Virus record (IMG/VR): IMGVR_UViG_3300031787_000064 | Coordinates: 1 to 64,000 of that record | Source of the DNA: a virus | Reading direction: 5' to 3' (one strand) | DNA: 64,000 nucleotides | Shown: in pieces, positions 29,258 through 37,522 of the stretch | Numbering within the stretch: position 1 is the first letter of the stretch | How the letters are laid out: each line of letters opens with the position of its first letter | Notes under the pieces: model-generated | Told to the model about the DNA's origin: nothing | The model's input: only the letters and a program-made list of their open reading frames with translations | Databases searched by the model: none | Made by a program: the position numbers and the translations under genes

Positions 29258-29530
29258 TTACTCTTCTGGATTCAGTGTTAATCCTGAACTCATATTGCCA
29301 CCCTCCTCTTCAAGAGGTTCGTGGATCAATTCGTAGATCTCTTGCTTGATCTCTTTGATAGCTTCAACATACTGCTTCAACTTTTCTTTCTTGTCTGGAG
29401 ACAGGCTAGCAATTCTTTCTTTCATGCTCATCTCACCTTTAACAGGTACAGTCTCCTCAGTCTGAGGCATTTCGTCTTCCATCAAAGATAGGATCGTGTT
29501 ACGATACTTAACTGGATCTACGTAATTCAT
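29258..29530 (-). CDS. hypothetical late protein
   Basis: ATATTTAT at 29545-29552; acidic; LSLMEDE motif. Confidence 0.65.
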   Translation of the reverse strand: MNYVDPVKYRNTILSLMEDEMPQTEETVPVKGEMSMKERIASLSPDKKEKLKQYVEAIKEIKQEIYELIHEPLEEEGGNMSSGLTLNPEE

Positions 29531-29541
29531 ATAAGTTCTTT

Positions 29542-29748
29542 CTAATAAATATTGGACAATTCAACAAGCTGTTTAGCAACCTCAGGATCCTTGATCACAT
29601 GGACCTCAAAGTCATTCTTAGATCCAGCTGCTACGATCCCGGTATACTTGGATGCAGTTGAATGATCTACACAAGTTGTACTATAACCCATCTTAACACG
29701 AAGTGGGTGGATCTGCTTCTGACATACTTTACAAAATTTCAATTCCAT
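29542..29748 (-). CDS. DksA/TraR-like zinc-finger protein
   Basis: CKVCQKQIHPLR.......CVDH. Confidence 0.55.
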   Translation of the reverse strand: MELKFCKVCQKQIHPLRVKMGYSTTCVDHSTASKYTGIVAAGSKNDFEVHVIKDPEVAKQLVELSNIY

Positions 29749-29753
29749 GTTTG

Positions 29754-30176
29754 TTATTTTTTAAATGTTTCGTTATAATATAGTTTACCGTTACTGCACT
29801 CTGATATGTCCTTTGATTTGTCTGGATCAGACTGTCCATCTTTATAACCATCGTTATAGGTTTGGATTAGTTGATTCTCCTCCATTTGTTTGGCTTGTTC
29901 AAGTATATCAGTAGATACATAACCAATCTTTGTTGTCATTTTAGCAAACCATTCTAATGCTGTTTGTTTTTCCATTTTACTACCAAATTTTTTAATAAAG
30001 TTTTCGTCTGTCTTTAGTTTCTTATTGAACTCATTTTGAGTATATGTGTCATAGTAGTACTGCACATGATCTTCTGTTTGTTTAAGCCATGTATGAATAA
30101 AGTCCCAGTCCCACTGAGTATCTCTTGTGAATTGAATGTAGTCTAGGTACTCTTTTGTGAATCTTGGTTTTGCCAT
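29754..30176 (-). CDS. hypothetical protein fused to a QTA...AKQME family domain (copy 3)
   Basis: C-terminal half MEKQTALEWF...LEQAKQMEENQL...YYNETF. Confidence 0.6.
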   Translation of the reverse strand: MAKPRFTKEYLDYIQFTRDTQWDWDFIHTWLKQTEDHVQYYYDTYTQNEFNKKLKTDENFIKKFGSKMEKQTALEWFAKMTTKIGYVSTDILEQAKQMEENQLIQTYNDGYKDGQSDPDKSKDISECSNGKLYYNETFKK

Positions 30177-30180
30177 AAGT

Positions 30181-30495
30181 TTAAGATAGTTCTAAAAGAT
30201 CAACAATAGGGCAAGATACAAAACCAGTACTAACCTCTCTTTTCACAGGTCCTACGATATTGTTATCCATCAAGAATCCAAGAACTCCTTCGTTCTCTGA
30301 ATAGTTCTTGATAATAACTTCTCTATTAGTGAGATCAACATCTGGAATGTTTACCGTTGCAGTTAACACAGGTTCACCTGTCTCTGCATCAGATAATTCA
30401 ATTGCTGTTCTACCATTAGAGTATTTCAAAAACTCTATTTGTACGTCATAAGCTCCGTACTCACCTACAAACTTGTAAACTCTACTTTTTGTCAT
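30181..30495 (-). CDS. DUF4313-like phage protein
   Basis: YSNGRTAIEL...TATVN...IKNYSENEG...N.I...STGF. Confidence 0.55.
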   Translation of the reverse strand: MTKSRVYKFVGEYGAYDVQIEFLKYSNGRTAIELSDAETGEPVLTATVNIPDVDLTNREVIIKNYSENEGVLGFLMDNNIVGPVKREVSTGFVSCPIVDLLELS

Positions 30496-30514
30496 AACTA
30501 TTTAATTTAATTTT

Positions 30515-30976
30515 TTACCAACTTGATTGATAGTAATAATCTGCCTCTTCGTCCCAATCTTGAAGGATACTCTCTAATGCTTGAATAGTATTATCGATTT
30601 GACGAAAATAGTATTCATCGTACTCTTCACTACCAAAGAAACATCCATTAGAAACAGGAAGGAAACAAGGCGCGTCGATCGGCTCTTCTTTTACCTGATA
30701 ACATAAGTCTAGTAACTCTGTAAGATTTTCTTTAGTTACATAATATTGACTACAATTATCTTTACCATCTTGAACGTTGTCAACAAACCAACCATGAATT
30801 TGATTGGCCTTTCTCCAATACGCAGCTTGCTCTTCAATGTAGGTAATTTTGTTTAGGTCAATACTAGTACAAGGTTGACCTCCTCTAGTTATTACTACAT
30901 CGTACTGTTTTTCAGCAGGCGTATAATCCCATTTTCTTACATACGTTCTCTTACTCAAATACATGTCTAATCCCAT
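30515..30976 (-). CDS. conserved phage protein
   Basis: MGLDMYL...YWRKANQIHGWF...GCFFGS...YQSSW. Confidence 0.75.
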   Translation of the reverse strand: MGLDMYLSKRTYVRKWDYTPAEKQYDVVITRGGQPCTSIDLNKITYIEEQAAYWRKANQIHGWFVDNVQDGKDNCSQYYVTKENLTELLDLCYQVKEEPIDAPCFLPVSNGCFFGSEEYDEYYFRQIDNTIQALESILQDWDEEADYYYQSSW

Positions 30977-30981
30977 AACTT

Positions 30982-31221
30982 TTATTTTTTAGTGTTTAAC
31001 ATATTCTCTTTTGCCATATTCATTAACCTAGTTTCACGTGTACCATACATCCAATGAAACAATAGATCGTTAACTAACTCAGCATAAAACTTTGGATCGT
31101 TCTTAATGTCTTCAAGAGTAGGCTCGAATGCATCTTCTACTTGTTGACTACGATCAACGTAATTAAAGTCTAGATAAGGATTGTACCTTTTGTTTGGTGC
31201 AAATACAGAAGTTGTTGTCAT
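30982..31221 (-). CDS. hypothetical protein
   Basis: AAAAGTT-ATG start context. Confidence 0.6.
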   Translation of the reverse strand: MTTTSVFAPNKRYNPYLDFNYVDRSQQVEDAFEPTLEDIKNDPKFYAELVNDLLFHWMYGTRETRLMNMAKENMLNTKK

Positions 31222-31226
31222 AACTT

Positions 31227-31667
31227 TTATTCTTTTACTAGTTTGATAATCTTGTTCCCTACATATTTAGGCGTATTCATTTCATTGAACTTGGTCTTGG
31301 CATATACCATGATACCGGCGTCTTCTTTGATCTTTGACCAATCGACCCCTCTTTCCTTTAGATAAATGTCTAGTGCACGAAACGCTGAATCGATATCGTT
31401 GTGTGCCTCTTCAAACATAAAGACCTGAGAATAGTCATACTCCTCTATTAGCTTAGCTCCATTTTCAACACATAAATTTCCAAAGCAATCAGTATAGACA
31501 CTACAACCATCTTCTATATTGACTAATGCTAGAGTCAATTCTGAAGGATCAAATGAAGTATTACTAAAATTGTCTTTTAGTTCATCGAACTTAACTAGTG
31601 CTCTACCAACACTTGTAAAATAATCTTGTGTGAAATAATCTGGGGTGTTGAAATAAACTAGATACAT
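31227..31667 (-). CDS. hypothetical protein
   Basis: AAAAGTT-ATG start; N-terminal half weakly resembles 17157..17417. Confidence 0.65.
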   Translation of the reverse strand: MYLVYFNTPDYFTQDYFTSVGRALVKFDELKDNFSNTSFDPSELTLALVNIEDGCSVYTDCFGNLCVENGAKLIEEYDYSQVFMFEEAHNDIDSAFRALDIYLKERGVDWSKIKEDAGIMVYAKTKFNEMNTPKYVGNKIIKLVKE

Positions 31668-31688
31668 AACTTTTATTTTTTTGTTTAG

Positions 31689-31760
31689 AAGTCAGAGCAG
31701 GATTCGAACCTACATCTCTCACCTACTATAGTGAGGCGTTACCATTTACGCTACCTGACT
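31689..31760 (-). ncRNA. tRNA-like RNA with non-canonical anticodon arm (isotype undetermined)
   Basis: Acceptor AGTCAGG/TCTGACT, D-arm GCGT-AAATGGTA-ACGC, T-arm GTAGG-TTCGAAT-CCTGC; anticodon loop is 8 nt (TATAGTAG) with no U33. Confidence 0.7.
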
Positions 31761-31776
31761 TAAGATAACCAAAATA

Positions 31777-32709
31777 TTAGCTCAACTTAGGAAGCCTAAT
31801 ACTAGTAGATCTTTTGCTAGCAAGCTCTTTCTCTTTAGCAATGCTTTCTAAGATCTCATCGAATCTTTTTACAGCATAATCGCTTTTCTCTTGAGCATCT
31901 TTATTTTGCCAAGAAACAACTTTATCAATAAAGTCCTCGAACTGTTTGGTAGTCACTTGGCAGGTTGTAGTTATGCCAGTATGATTGTCTATAGTAAGAT
32001 CATATTTGTAACCAACTTTCTTGTTAACCGTGAACTCACGAACAAACACGTAGTCATATTTAGATCGACCAGTTTGAAGCTTGATCTCACCAGGATTATC
32101 TTGAAGCTCACGCTCATTAGAGGAATAATCTTCTGAACGAACCCATTCAATTGACTTATAACTCTTGAGCTTAAGTGAAAAACCAGGCTTCATGAAAGAA
32201 GTCTTTTGATCGTTTTCAATATCTGACTCAAGTTCACGGATACTACGATGAAGTGCATCGATAGGTGATTGTAATTGTCTTAACGCAATACTAATCTCTT
32301 TACAACGCTTTGACCAATTATTCAAGAATAGATCTTTGATAGTCTCATGATTCTCACATATACGACCAATCGTGATGCCATACTCGATATCACTAGGATC
32401 AGAATGTGTGTTACCACTAGACCAATTGAATTGAAATTCAGGAGCCTCTTTCTCACGCCACGTGTTTCTAATACTGAATTCTAGGCGATTTGCCCAACGA
32501 TCTTTTTGAGTATGCATAGTAAGACTCTCACTACTAATGTCCGCCTTCAAAATGCTAAGACGAATGTTTTGATTGAACCACTCTAAGATCTCATCGTTAA
32601 GACTCTGTAAATTCACATTGAATACATTCGTAGTGTATTCACTAACCTCGTTTTGTTTAACGAGCAATTGCGCTTGAAGCGCTTCCAACATAACTTGTTT
32701 GTTGTTCAT
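31777..32709 (-). CDS. hypothetical early protein with coiled coil
   Basis: Start reassigned to MNNKQ (ATAGTT-ATG context); first gene after promoter module 2. Confidence 0.7.
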   Translation of the reverse strand: MNNKQVMLEALQAQLLVKQNEVSEYTTNVFNVNLQSLNDEILEWFNQNIRLSILKADISSESLTMHTQKDRWANRLEFSIRNTWREKEAPEFQFNWSSGNTHSDPSDIEYGITIGRICENHETIKDLFLNNWSKRCKEISIALRQLQSPIDALHRSIRELESDIENDQKTSFMKPGFSLKLKSYKSIEWVRSEDYSSNERELQDNPGEIKLQTGRSKYDYVFVREFTVNKKVGYKYDLTIDNHTGITTTCQVTTKQFEDFIDKVVSWQNKDAQEKSDYAVKRFDEILESIAKEKELASKRSTSIRLPKLS

Positions 32710-32780
32710 AACTATTATTGTTTTTTGGTTATCAATATACTGTGCCATTTGGACTAGCCTAAAATGGGCTTAGAATCTAT

Positions 32781-32936
32781 GTAAATATACAACAATCCAG
32801 TGAGATAAAAAAATATCTAGTGAACTATTTTAAAAATTGTCGATTGATTATCAATCAGTTGTGCAAGTTGTTGAAAGTGAATAAGTTATAAGTGGTTGAT
32901 TACCAATAGGTTAACCCTAACTTATTGATTATCAAT
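32781..32936 (-). promoter_or_regulatory. early promoter module 2 with tandem IHF-like sites
   Basis: GTAAATATAC...GTGAACTATTTT; 18-mers at 32844, 32871 and 32896 plus an inverted copy at 32918-32936. Confidence 0.7.
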
Positions 32937-33248
32937 CCCATACTTCTGGATAAGCTTGTCTATTATCTCTTTATCCATCTTATTGAACGTCTTTTGATCT
33001 TGTATTTTTCTGACGTAGTCAATATGTTTATTGATAGTGATTAATCTTAAAGCATATTGTTCGTGGTGGTGTGTATTTGTAGAACAGAACTTATACTCTT
33101 TAGTCAGTGTTTCTTTAAGTAACTTAACTCTGTTAATGTAAGGATCTGGTTCTGTCTTCTTAGGTCTATTCTCGAATAGCTCTTTAGCTTCCATAGCTTT
33201 GACAAGTTTATCACCCATCTTCGATATGGAGAAGCTATTGAATTTCAT
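32922..33248 (-). CDS. hypothetical protein
   Basis: 108 aa, coupled to the holin-like gene. Confidence 0.6.
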   Translation of the reverse strand: MKFNSFSISKMGDKLVKAMEAKELFENRPKKTEPDPYINRVKLLKETLTKEYKFCSTNTHHHEQYALRLITINKHIDYVRKIQDQKTFNKMDKEIIDKLIQKYGIDNQ

Positions 33249-33541
33249 CAGTCCTTAGATCCCTTAACTATATATTTGAGAATAGTTTTCTGTAGCTCAG
33301 ATAAGGCTTGTGTATTCTCTCTAATCAGTTCAGAGAGTCTGTCTCTCTCTTCTACAAGTAGTGCCATCATCTCTTCTTGTAGCTTATCTACTTTAGCTTC
33401 TAGCTCGTCGTTCTTTTTAACCAGTCTTTGATGCTGCATCCACGCAAAATATCCAAGGATAAATGCAACTAGACCTAGTACTCCGTATTGTAACAAATAA
33501 TCTTTTGTGCTGTGAGTCGTGACGATTTGAAGTAAATACAT
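33248..33541 (-). CDS. BhlA/UviB-like holin-type membrane protein
   Basis: LLQYGVLGLVAFILGYFAW single TM followed by a coiled coil; in a late-promoter operon. Confidence 0.5.
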   Translation of the reverse strand: MYLLQIVTTHSTKDYLLQYGVLGLVAFILGYFAWMQHQRLVKKNDELEAKVDKLQEEMMALLVEERDRLSELIRENTQALSELQKTILKYIVKGSKD

Positions 33542-33549
33542 TGTTAATG

Positions 33550-33765
33550 TTAATTTAATGGACTAATCTTTTTGTACAACATATATTCCCAATACTTGGC
33601 ATATTCATACAAGTCTTCACGCTTCTCATCTATGATGCCCTTTTCAATCATATCAATCATGATCTCTACCCACATATACCTAGGGTTAACATGGTAATAA
33701 GGATGGATCTCATTTGGTATACCTGACCCGTCTGCAATGTCGTCTAGCACGTCATAATATAACAT
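33550..33765 (-). CDS. hypothetical late protein
   Basis: ATATTTAT at 33770-33777. Confidence 0.55.
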   Translation of the reverse strand: MLYYDVLDDIADGSGIPNEIHPYYHVNPRYMWVEIMIDMIEKGIIDEKREDLYEYAKYWEYMLYKKISPLN

Positions 33766-33794
33766 AACAATAAATATTAGTTTTACTTTAAGGA

Positions 33795-34172
33795 TTATTT
33801 ACCGAATAGTTCTTTAATACATTTTTTGGCATCACGTTTGGCAATCTTGTATGCTTCTATCTCCATAGGGTGTTTACTATCTGGAAGATACATACTTAAG
33901 ATCTGGTAATGCCTCATGTTTTGCCTGTAATGTGTATATTCATGGATAATACTACAGGCTAGTTCATGTAGATCATGGTGCATACTTTTATCTATAAAGA
34001 TGGTGGATTCTATCTCATCATAGAATGCCATACACCCTTCAGTATAGTAGTCACCATTCTTGAACTCTATGTAAGGAAGGTCTCGGTTGTATTTAGACAT
34101 ACCATATTTTGCAACACACCAATCAAAGATCTTGTTGGCATGTCGCTTGGTAAGCTTTGGTTGTTTGTCCAT
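33795..34172 (-). CDS. zincin-like metallopeptidase
   Basis: IIHEYTHYRQ...HPMEIEA (HExxH plus downstream E). Confidence 0.75.
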   Translation of the reverse strand: MDKQPKLTKRHANKIFDWCVAKYGMSKYNRDLPYIEFKNGDYYTEGCMAFYDEIESTIFIDKSMHHDLHELACSIIHEYTHYRQNMRHYQILSMYLPDSKHPMEIEAYKIAKRDAKKCIKELFGK

Positions 34173-34174
34173 AA

Positions 34175-34768
34175 CTAGATTTGTTCTTCAATGAAGACCT
34201 GTTCGATCTTCTTGGGTAACTTATTATAGTTCATTCTAAAGTGGTTAGGCATCATTTTAACTAACCTCTTGTTTGAATACGGGCTATTGTTAGAGGTACA
34301 CCATTTCCTGGTGGCCAACATTCTATTATAAAAATGAATGTAACAATTGGCCTTCTTTATGTATTGATCAATGTCTATATCTAATCCGAACTTCTTTATG
34401 ATCTTGACAGCTCTTTTCTCGTTGTCTAGTTCTAGGTCTCTAGACACGGCTAGATGCTTCTTAATGTCTCTAACTTCCTCACCCATCAACCAATCGTCTA
34501 CTTTAGGGATCGATACATCTGCCTTCTTCCACAAGTCTATCTGATCTACCCATTGGGTCAAATGAGCAAACTCATGTGCCAAGATCTCTATGGAGTCTGG
34601 TCTATTCATAGAGCATACCAGCTCCTTATTATATTCGTCAAAATACCCAGAACATTGTAACTTGCCTGGGAGCCTGACGTATTTGGTGCGTCTGAGATCA
34701 CACTTGATCCCATACTTCTTGCACTCTTGTTTAACGTACTTTACGAATTCTTTTGCTTTCTTATTCAT
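34175..34768 (-). CDS. zincin-like metallopeptidase domain protein
   Basis: ILAHEFAHLTQW...ELDNEKRA. Confidence 0.7.
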   Translation of the reverse strand: MNKKAKEFVKYVKQECKKYGIKCDLRRTKYVRLPGKLQCSGYFDEYNKELVCSMNRPDSIEILAHEFAHLTQWVDQIDLWKKADVSIPKVDDWLMGEEVRDIKKHLAVSRDLELDNEKRAVKIIKKFGLDIDIDQYIKKANCYIHFYNRMLATRKWCTSNNSPYSNKRLVKMMPNHFRMNYNKLPKKIEQVFIEEQI

Positions 34769-34796
34769 AGAATGTCTTTTTAAAGGTCAAAGAATC

Positions 34797-35120
34797 CTAT
34801 GATAAATATTCCGTTTGGATTTGTTCTATATGTTTACAGGTTCCAGCCCTGCCACTAAATTTGAAGGCGTGGCAATTGCATGACCAGTTTTTATGGTCCA
34901 GCTTTACAGTATAAGAACGGCCTCCATTTCCTTCAACGTCCCAATCCAACCTCAACTTAAAGGCCTCATTTGTGCCTCCTACGTGAGGCTTACGGAACCA
35001 CATAAGGTCGGCTTCCGTAGTCCCACTAGGAACATCGATCCTCTTACCATCTACTTGGACATAAGTACCTTTGTCGTCTTGAGTAGGAAAAGGATATTGA
35101 AAGCTGTGTATTATTATCAT
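34797..35120 (-). CDS. SWIM zinc-finger protein
   Basis: YTV......WSCNCHAFKF.....CKHI. Confidence 0.8.
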   Translation of the reverse strand: MIIIHSFQYPFPTQDDKGTYVQVDGKRIDVPSGTTEADLMWFRKPHVGGTNEAFKLRLDWDVEGNGGRSYTVKLDHKNWSCNCHAFKFSGRAGTCKHIEQIQTEYLS

Positions 35121-35377
35121 AGGGGTTTAAATTTAAATAAATTCCAGACTCTGGAAAAATCAAAGCCTGTAGTTTTTGGTTTTAGTTTACCGAAGTCATA
35201 CTCACTATGGAGATTATGTGCTTGAGGTTGATCGTTTCTGCAAGCAGAACCCACTCTAAACATATTCATCCACTCTTGTTGACTTACTTTCTCAGGATAA
35301 GTTGTACTCTTAATTTTAATGTTGCTCATATTAATTTTATTTAGTGTAACCAAATATTTTTGAATCATCAATTTCAC
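35117..35377 (-). CDS. hypothetical protein (start probably MSNIK)
   Basis: Minus-strand ORF in the array. Confidence 0.5.
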   Translation of the reverse strand: MKLMIQKYLVTLNKINMSNIKIKSTTYPEKVSQQEWMNMFRVGSACRNDQPQAHNLHSEYDFGKLKPKTTGFDFSRVWNLFKFKPL

Positions 35378-36056
35378 AATAAGAATAATCTACTTTAACT
35401 ACCTTAGTTAACTCCTTTTGCTTGATAGTGCCTGTCTTACGATCTTCAATCATAACAGTAGCAACACCTGCATAAGGATCAAGATCAATTGAATCATAGT
35501 ACTCGTTAGCTTGCTCAAATGTATCAAACAAACGCGTCTCTGTATCTTTATCAGTATATCCATCTAACAACTCTGATTCAAAGTCGTCTTCATTTTCTAC
35601 AGTAAAGTAAGGACTAACTGTAACAAAGAACTTATTAGGGTCTTTTCCATCACCTATGATCTCTCTAGCTAGCTCTTTAATTTGTGCTTCACTCAATTCA
35701 ACTGTACTATTATCACGTAAAGATGAGAGAGCTTGATTGATTTGCTCGGCCGCAAGATCAGTAACTGTGCCATTAAAACCACCAATATGCCACTCGATCA
35801 TTTCATCTGTACGAAGCATACGATATTCTTTCCAATCGTATACAGTAAAGACTTCACCAGACTCGAGCTCCATTTCCCACTCGAAGTTGACTTTGTCTTG
35901 ACCTGTATTTGAATCTTCATTAGGTTCACCTAATACCTGGATTAACTGATCAACGCTTGCAGTTACAATACTATCATGGAAGCTAGTTCCTGATACACGC
36001 TTATTTGTCTTTTTCATATAACCTTTATTTAGTTTTAAATTATTGAATGTCTTCAA
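35337..36056 (-). CDS. conserved phage protein, two-domain fusion
   Basis: GTSFHDS...LGEP...DKVNFEW...FTVYDWK...WHIGG N-terminal domain; start probably MKKTN. Confidence 0.65.
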   Translation of the reverse strand: MKTFNNLKLNKGYMKKTNKRVSGTSFHDSIVTASVDQLIQVLGEPNEDSNTGQDKVNFEWEMELESGEVFTVYDWKEYRMLRTDEMIEWHIGGFNGTVTDLAAEQINQALSSLRDNSTVELSEAQIKELAREIIGDGKDPNKFFVTVSPYFTVENEDDFESELLDGYTDKDTETRLFDTFEQANEYYDSIDLDPYAGVATVMIEDRKTGTIKQKELTKVVKVDYSYCEIDDSKIFGYTK

Positions 36057-36267
36057 ATTGTCCCCAAGGAAAATTCATATCAAACTTGATATTTGCACTT
36101 CTACAAACACTACCAAGATCAACTACTACTCCATAAGGAATGTTTGATAAAATAGTATTCTCTTGTAGAGTTTCTTCAAGGCGAATAGCCGTATTTGGAT
36201 AATCTACTTTGAATGACGCAATAGCCTTCTTAAGCTCAGGCTTGGCTCTTTCTAATAATGTTTTCAT
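36040..36267 (-). CDS. hypothetical protein
   Basis: CAGTT-ATG start. Confidence 0.6.
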   Translation of the reverse strand: MKTLLERAKPELKKAIASFKVDYPNTAIRLEETLQENTILSNIPYGVVVDLGSVCRSANIKFDMNFPWGQFEDIQ

Positions 36268-36273
36268 AACTGT

Positions 36274-36450
36274 TTATTTTAATTGTTTTTTAAATTCTTT
36301 AATTGGATCTTGTTTAGCAATACGTTTAATGTAACTACTAACTCTATGCTTCTCATTTAATGAACGCATAAGTTCATCTCGTTCTAAGGTCTCTTTCAAC
36401 CATTGTTCTCTGTTAGTCTCATATAGACTAAGTTTTTTATCTTTACTCAT
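36274..36450 (-). CDS. small hypothetical protein (58 aa, not in the ORF track)
   Basis: MSKDKKLSLYETNREQWLKE...KKQLK*; ATGA overlap with the upstream stop. Confidence 0.5.
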   Translation of the reverse strand: MSKDKKLSLYETNREQWLKETLERDELMRSLNEKHRVSSYIKRIAKQDPIKEFKKQLK

Positions 36451-36737
36451 AACTCATAATTTGGTTCATAATCTTCATCTGTATCGTAGCATCCTACCAT
36501 ACGTTCTAACTCAGCATCAATACGAAGTTGATGAGGTCTCCAACGTTCATAACGTTCTGCATTTGTTTCTTTATCTTCAGGCCAATGACTATCATTGTCC
36601 CAACCTTTTGGAAACATAGGCTTAAGATCTTCACTACTTACATTAGGATTGATTGTTTGAATCTCACTATCAAACACATTTTTGTCTAGGCTAATAAGCC
36701 TCTCTAAATTTTCTTTCACACTTTTCATAACACACAA
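36447..36737 (-). CDS. hypothetical protein
   Basis: Minus-strand ORF in the array. Confidence 0.55.
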   Translation of the reverse strand: MCVMKSVKENLERLISLDKNVFDSEIQTINPNVSSEDLKPMFPKGWDNDSHWPEDKETNAERYERWRPHQLRIDAELERMVGCYDTDEDYEPNYEL

Positions 36738-36745
36738 TTTTATAA

Positions 36746-37057
36746 TTAATAATCAAATGAATCTCTCATATTGAAGTCCTCGTCTTCTAGAATGTCAATT
36801 TGCTCTTCGATCACACTATCAGGAACATGGCCATCCAAAAACATTTCAAGCTCAACCTCTTTTAGTATCTGATCAATTGGCATTGCTTTGTACTTTCTAA
36901 TTTCTACTTTGATCTCTTGACCCAAATACTCGATAACTGCAATACCTTTAGTACCTTCTTTGTAGGTATACTCTCGTCCTTTTGGACTTACGAACGTCTT
37001 ACCAACTTTAGCACTATCCCAATCTCTCTTCTTACCAACTTCTTTTCTTTGCATCAT
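36746..37057 (-). CDS. hypothetical protein
   Basis: 103-aa ORF. Confidence 0.6.
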   Translation of the reverse strand: MMQRKEVGKKRDWDSAKVGKTFVSPKGREYTYKEGTKGIAVIEYLGQEIKVEIRKYKAMPIDQILKEVELEMFLDGHVPDSVIEEQIDILEDEDFNMRDSFDY

Positions 37058-37074
37058 AACATTTATTTTTTAGG

Positions 37075-37269
37075 TTATTCAAATAAACAATTCTCTTGCT
37101 CCCATCGACCGTTTATAAGTCTCTCGATCGTATAGTCACCATTGTACTTACGATTCTCTGGGTGTGTTAGCCACACTTTCACATCGTCTTTCCAAATCTT
37201 GAGTTCGTCTCCGTCCCAAGCTTGCTCGATTGTATCGAGACTTTCTAGTTGTCTTTTTGTGTATTTCAT
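37075..37269 (-). CDS. hypothetical protein
   Basis: AAAAGTT-ATG start. Confidence 0.6.
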   Translation of the reverse strand: MKYTKRQLESLDTIEQAWDGDELKIWKDDVKVWLTHPENRKYNGDYTIERLINGRWEQENCLFE

Positions 37270-37316
37270 AACTTTTATTTGTAATTAAATATAATTATGG
37301 AGTCGCGGTCAATCAA

Positions 37317-37508
37317 TTAAAGTCCACATTCCATTCTGTATACTCTATCATGGTGTTCAGCCTCTGAATATACATCTAAATTCAAATATGTATTATTCCA
37401 AAAATTATGAAATAAATACGTATCCGCCCATTTAAGGTCAGCTTTCATCACCACTTTAGCTTCATCAGCTGTTAATACTTCTTTTTGTTTTAATTCTTGT
37501 ACGTTCAT
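37317..37508 (-). CDS. hypothetical protein
   Basis: ATAGTT-ATG start. Confidence 0.6.
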   Translation of the reverse strand: MNVQELKQKEVLTADEAKVVMKADLKWADTYLFHNFWNNTYLNLDVYSEAEHHDRVYRMECGL

Positions 37509-37522
37509 AACTATTATTTTTA

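Noticed and set aside
31689-31760. Amber suppressor tRNA or stop-codon recoding
   Set aside because: No CUA anticodon in a canonical 7-nt loop, and genes are full length and densely packed under the standard code.
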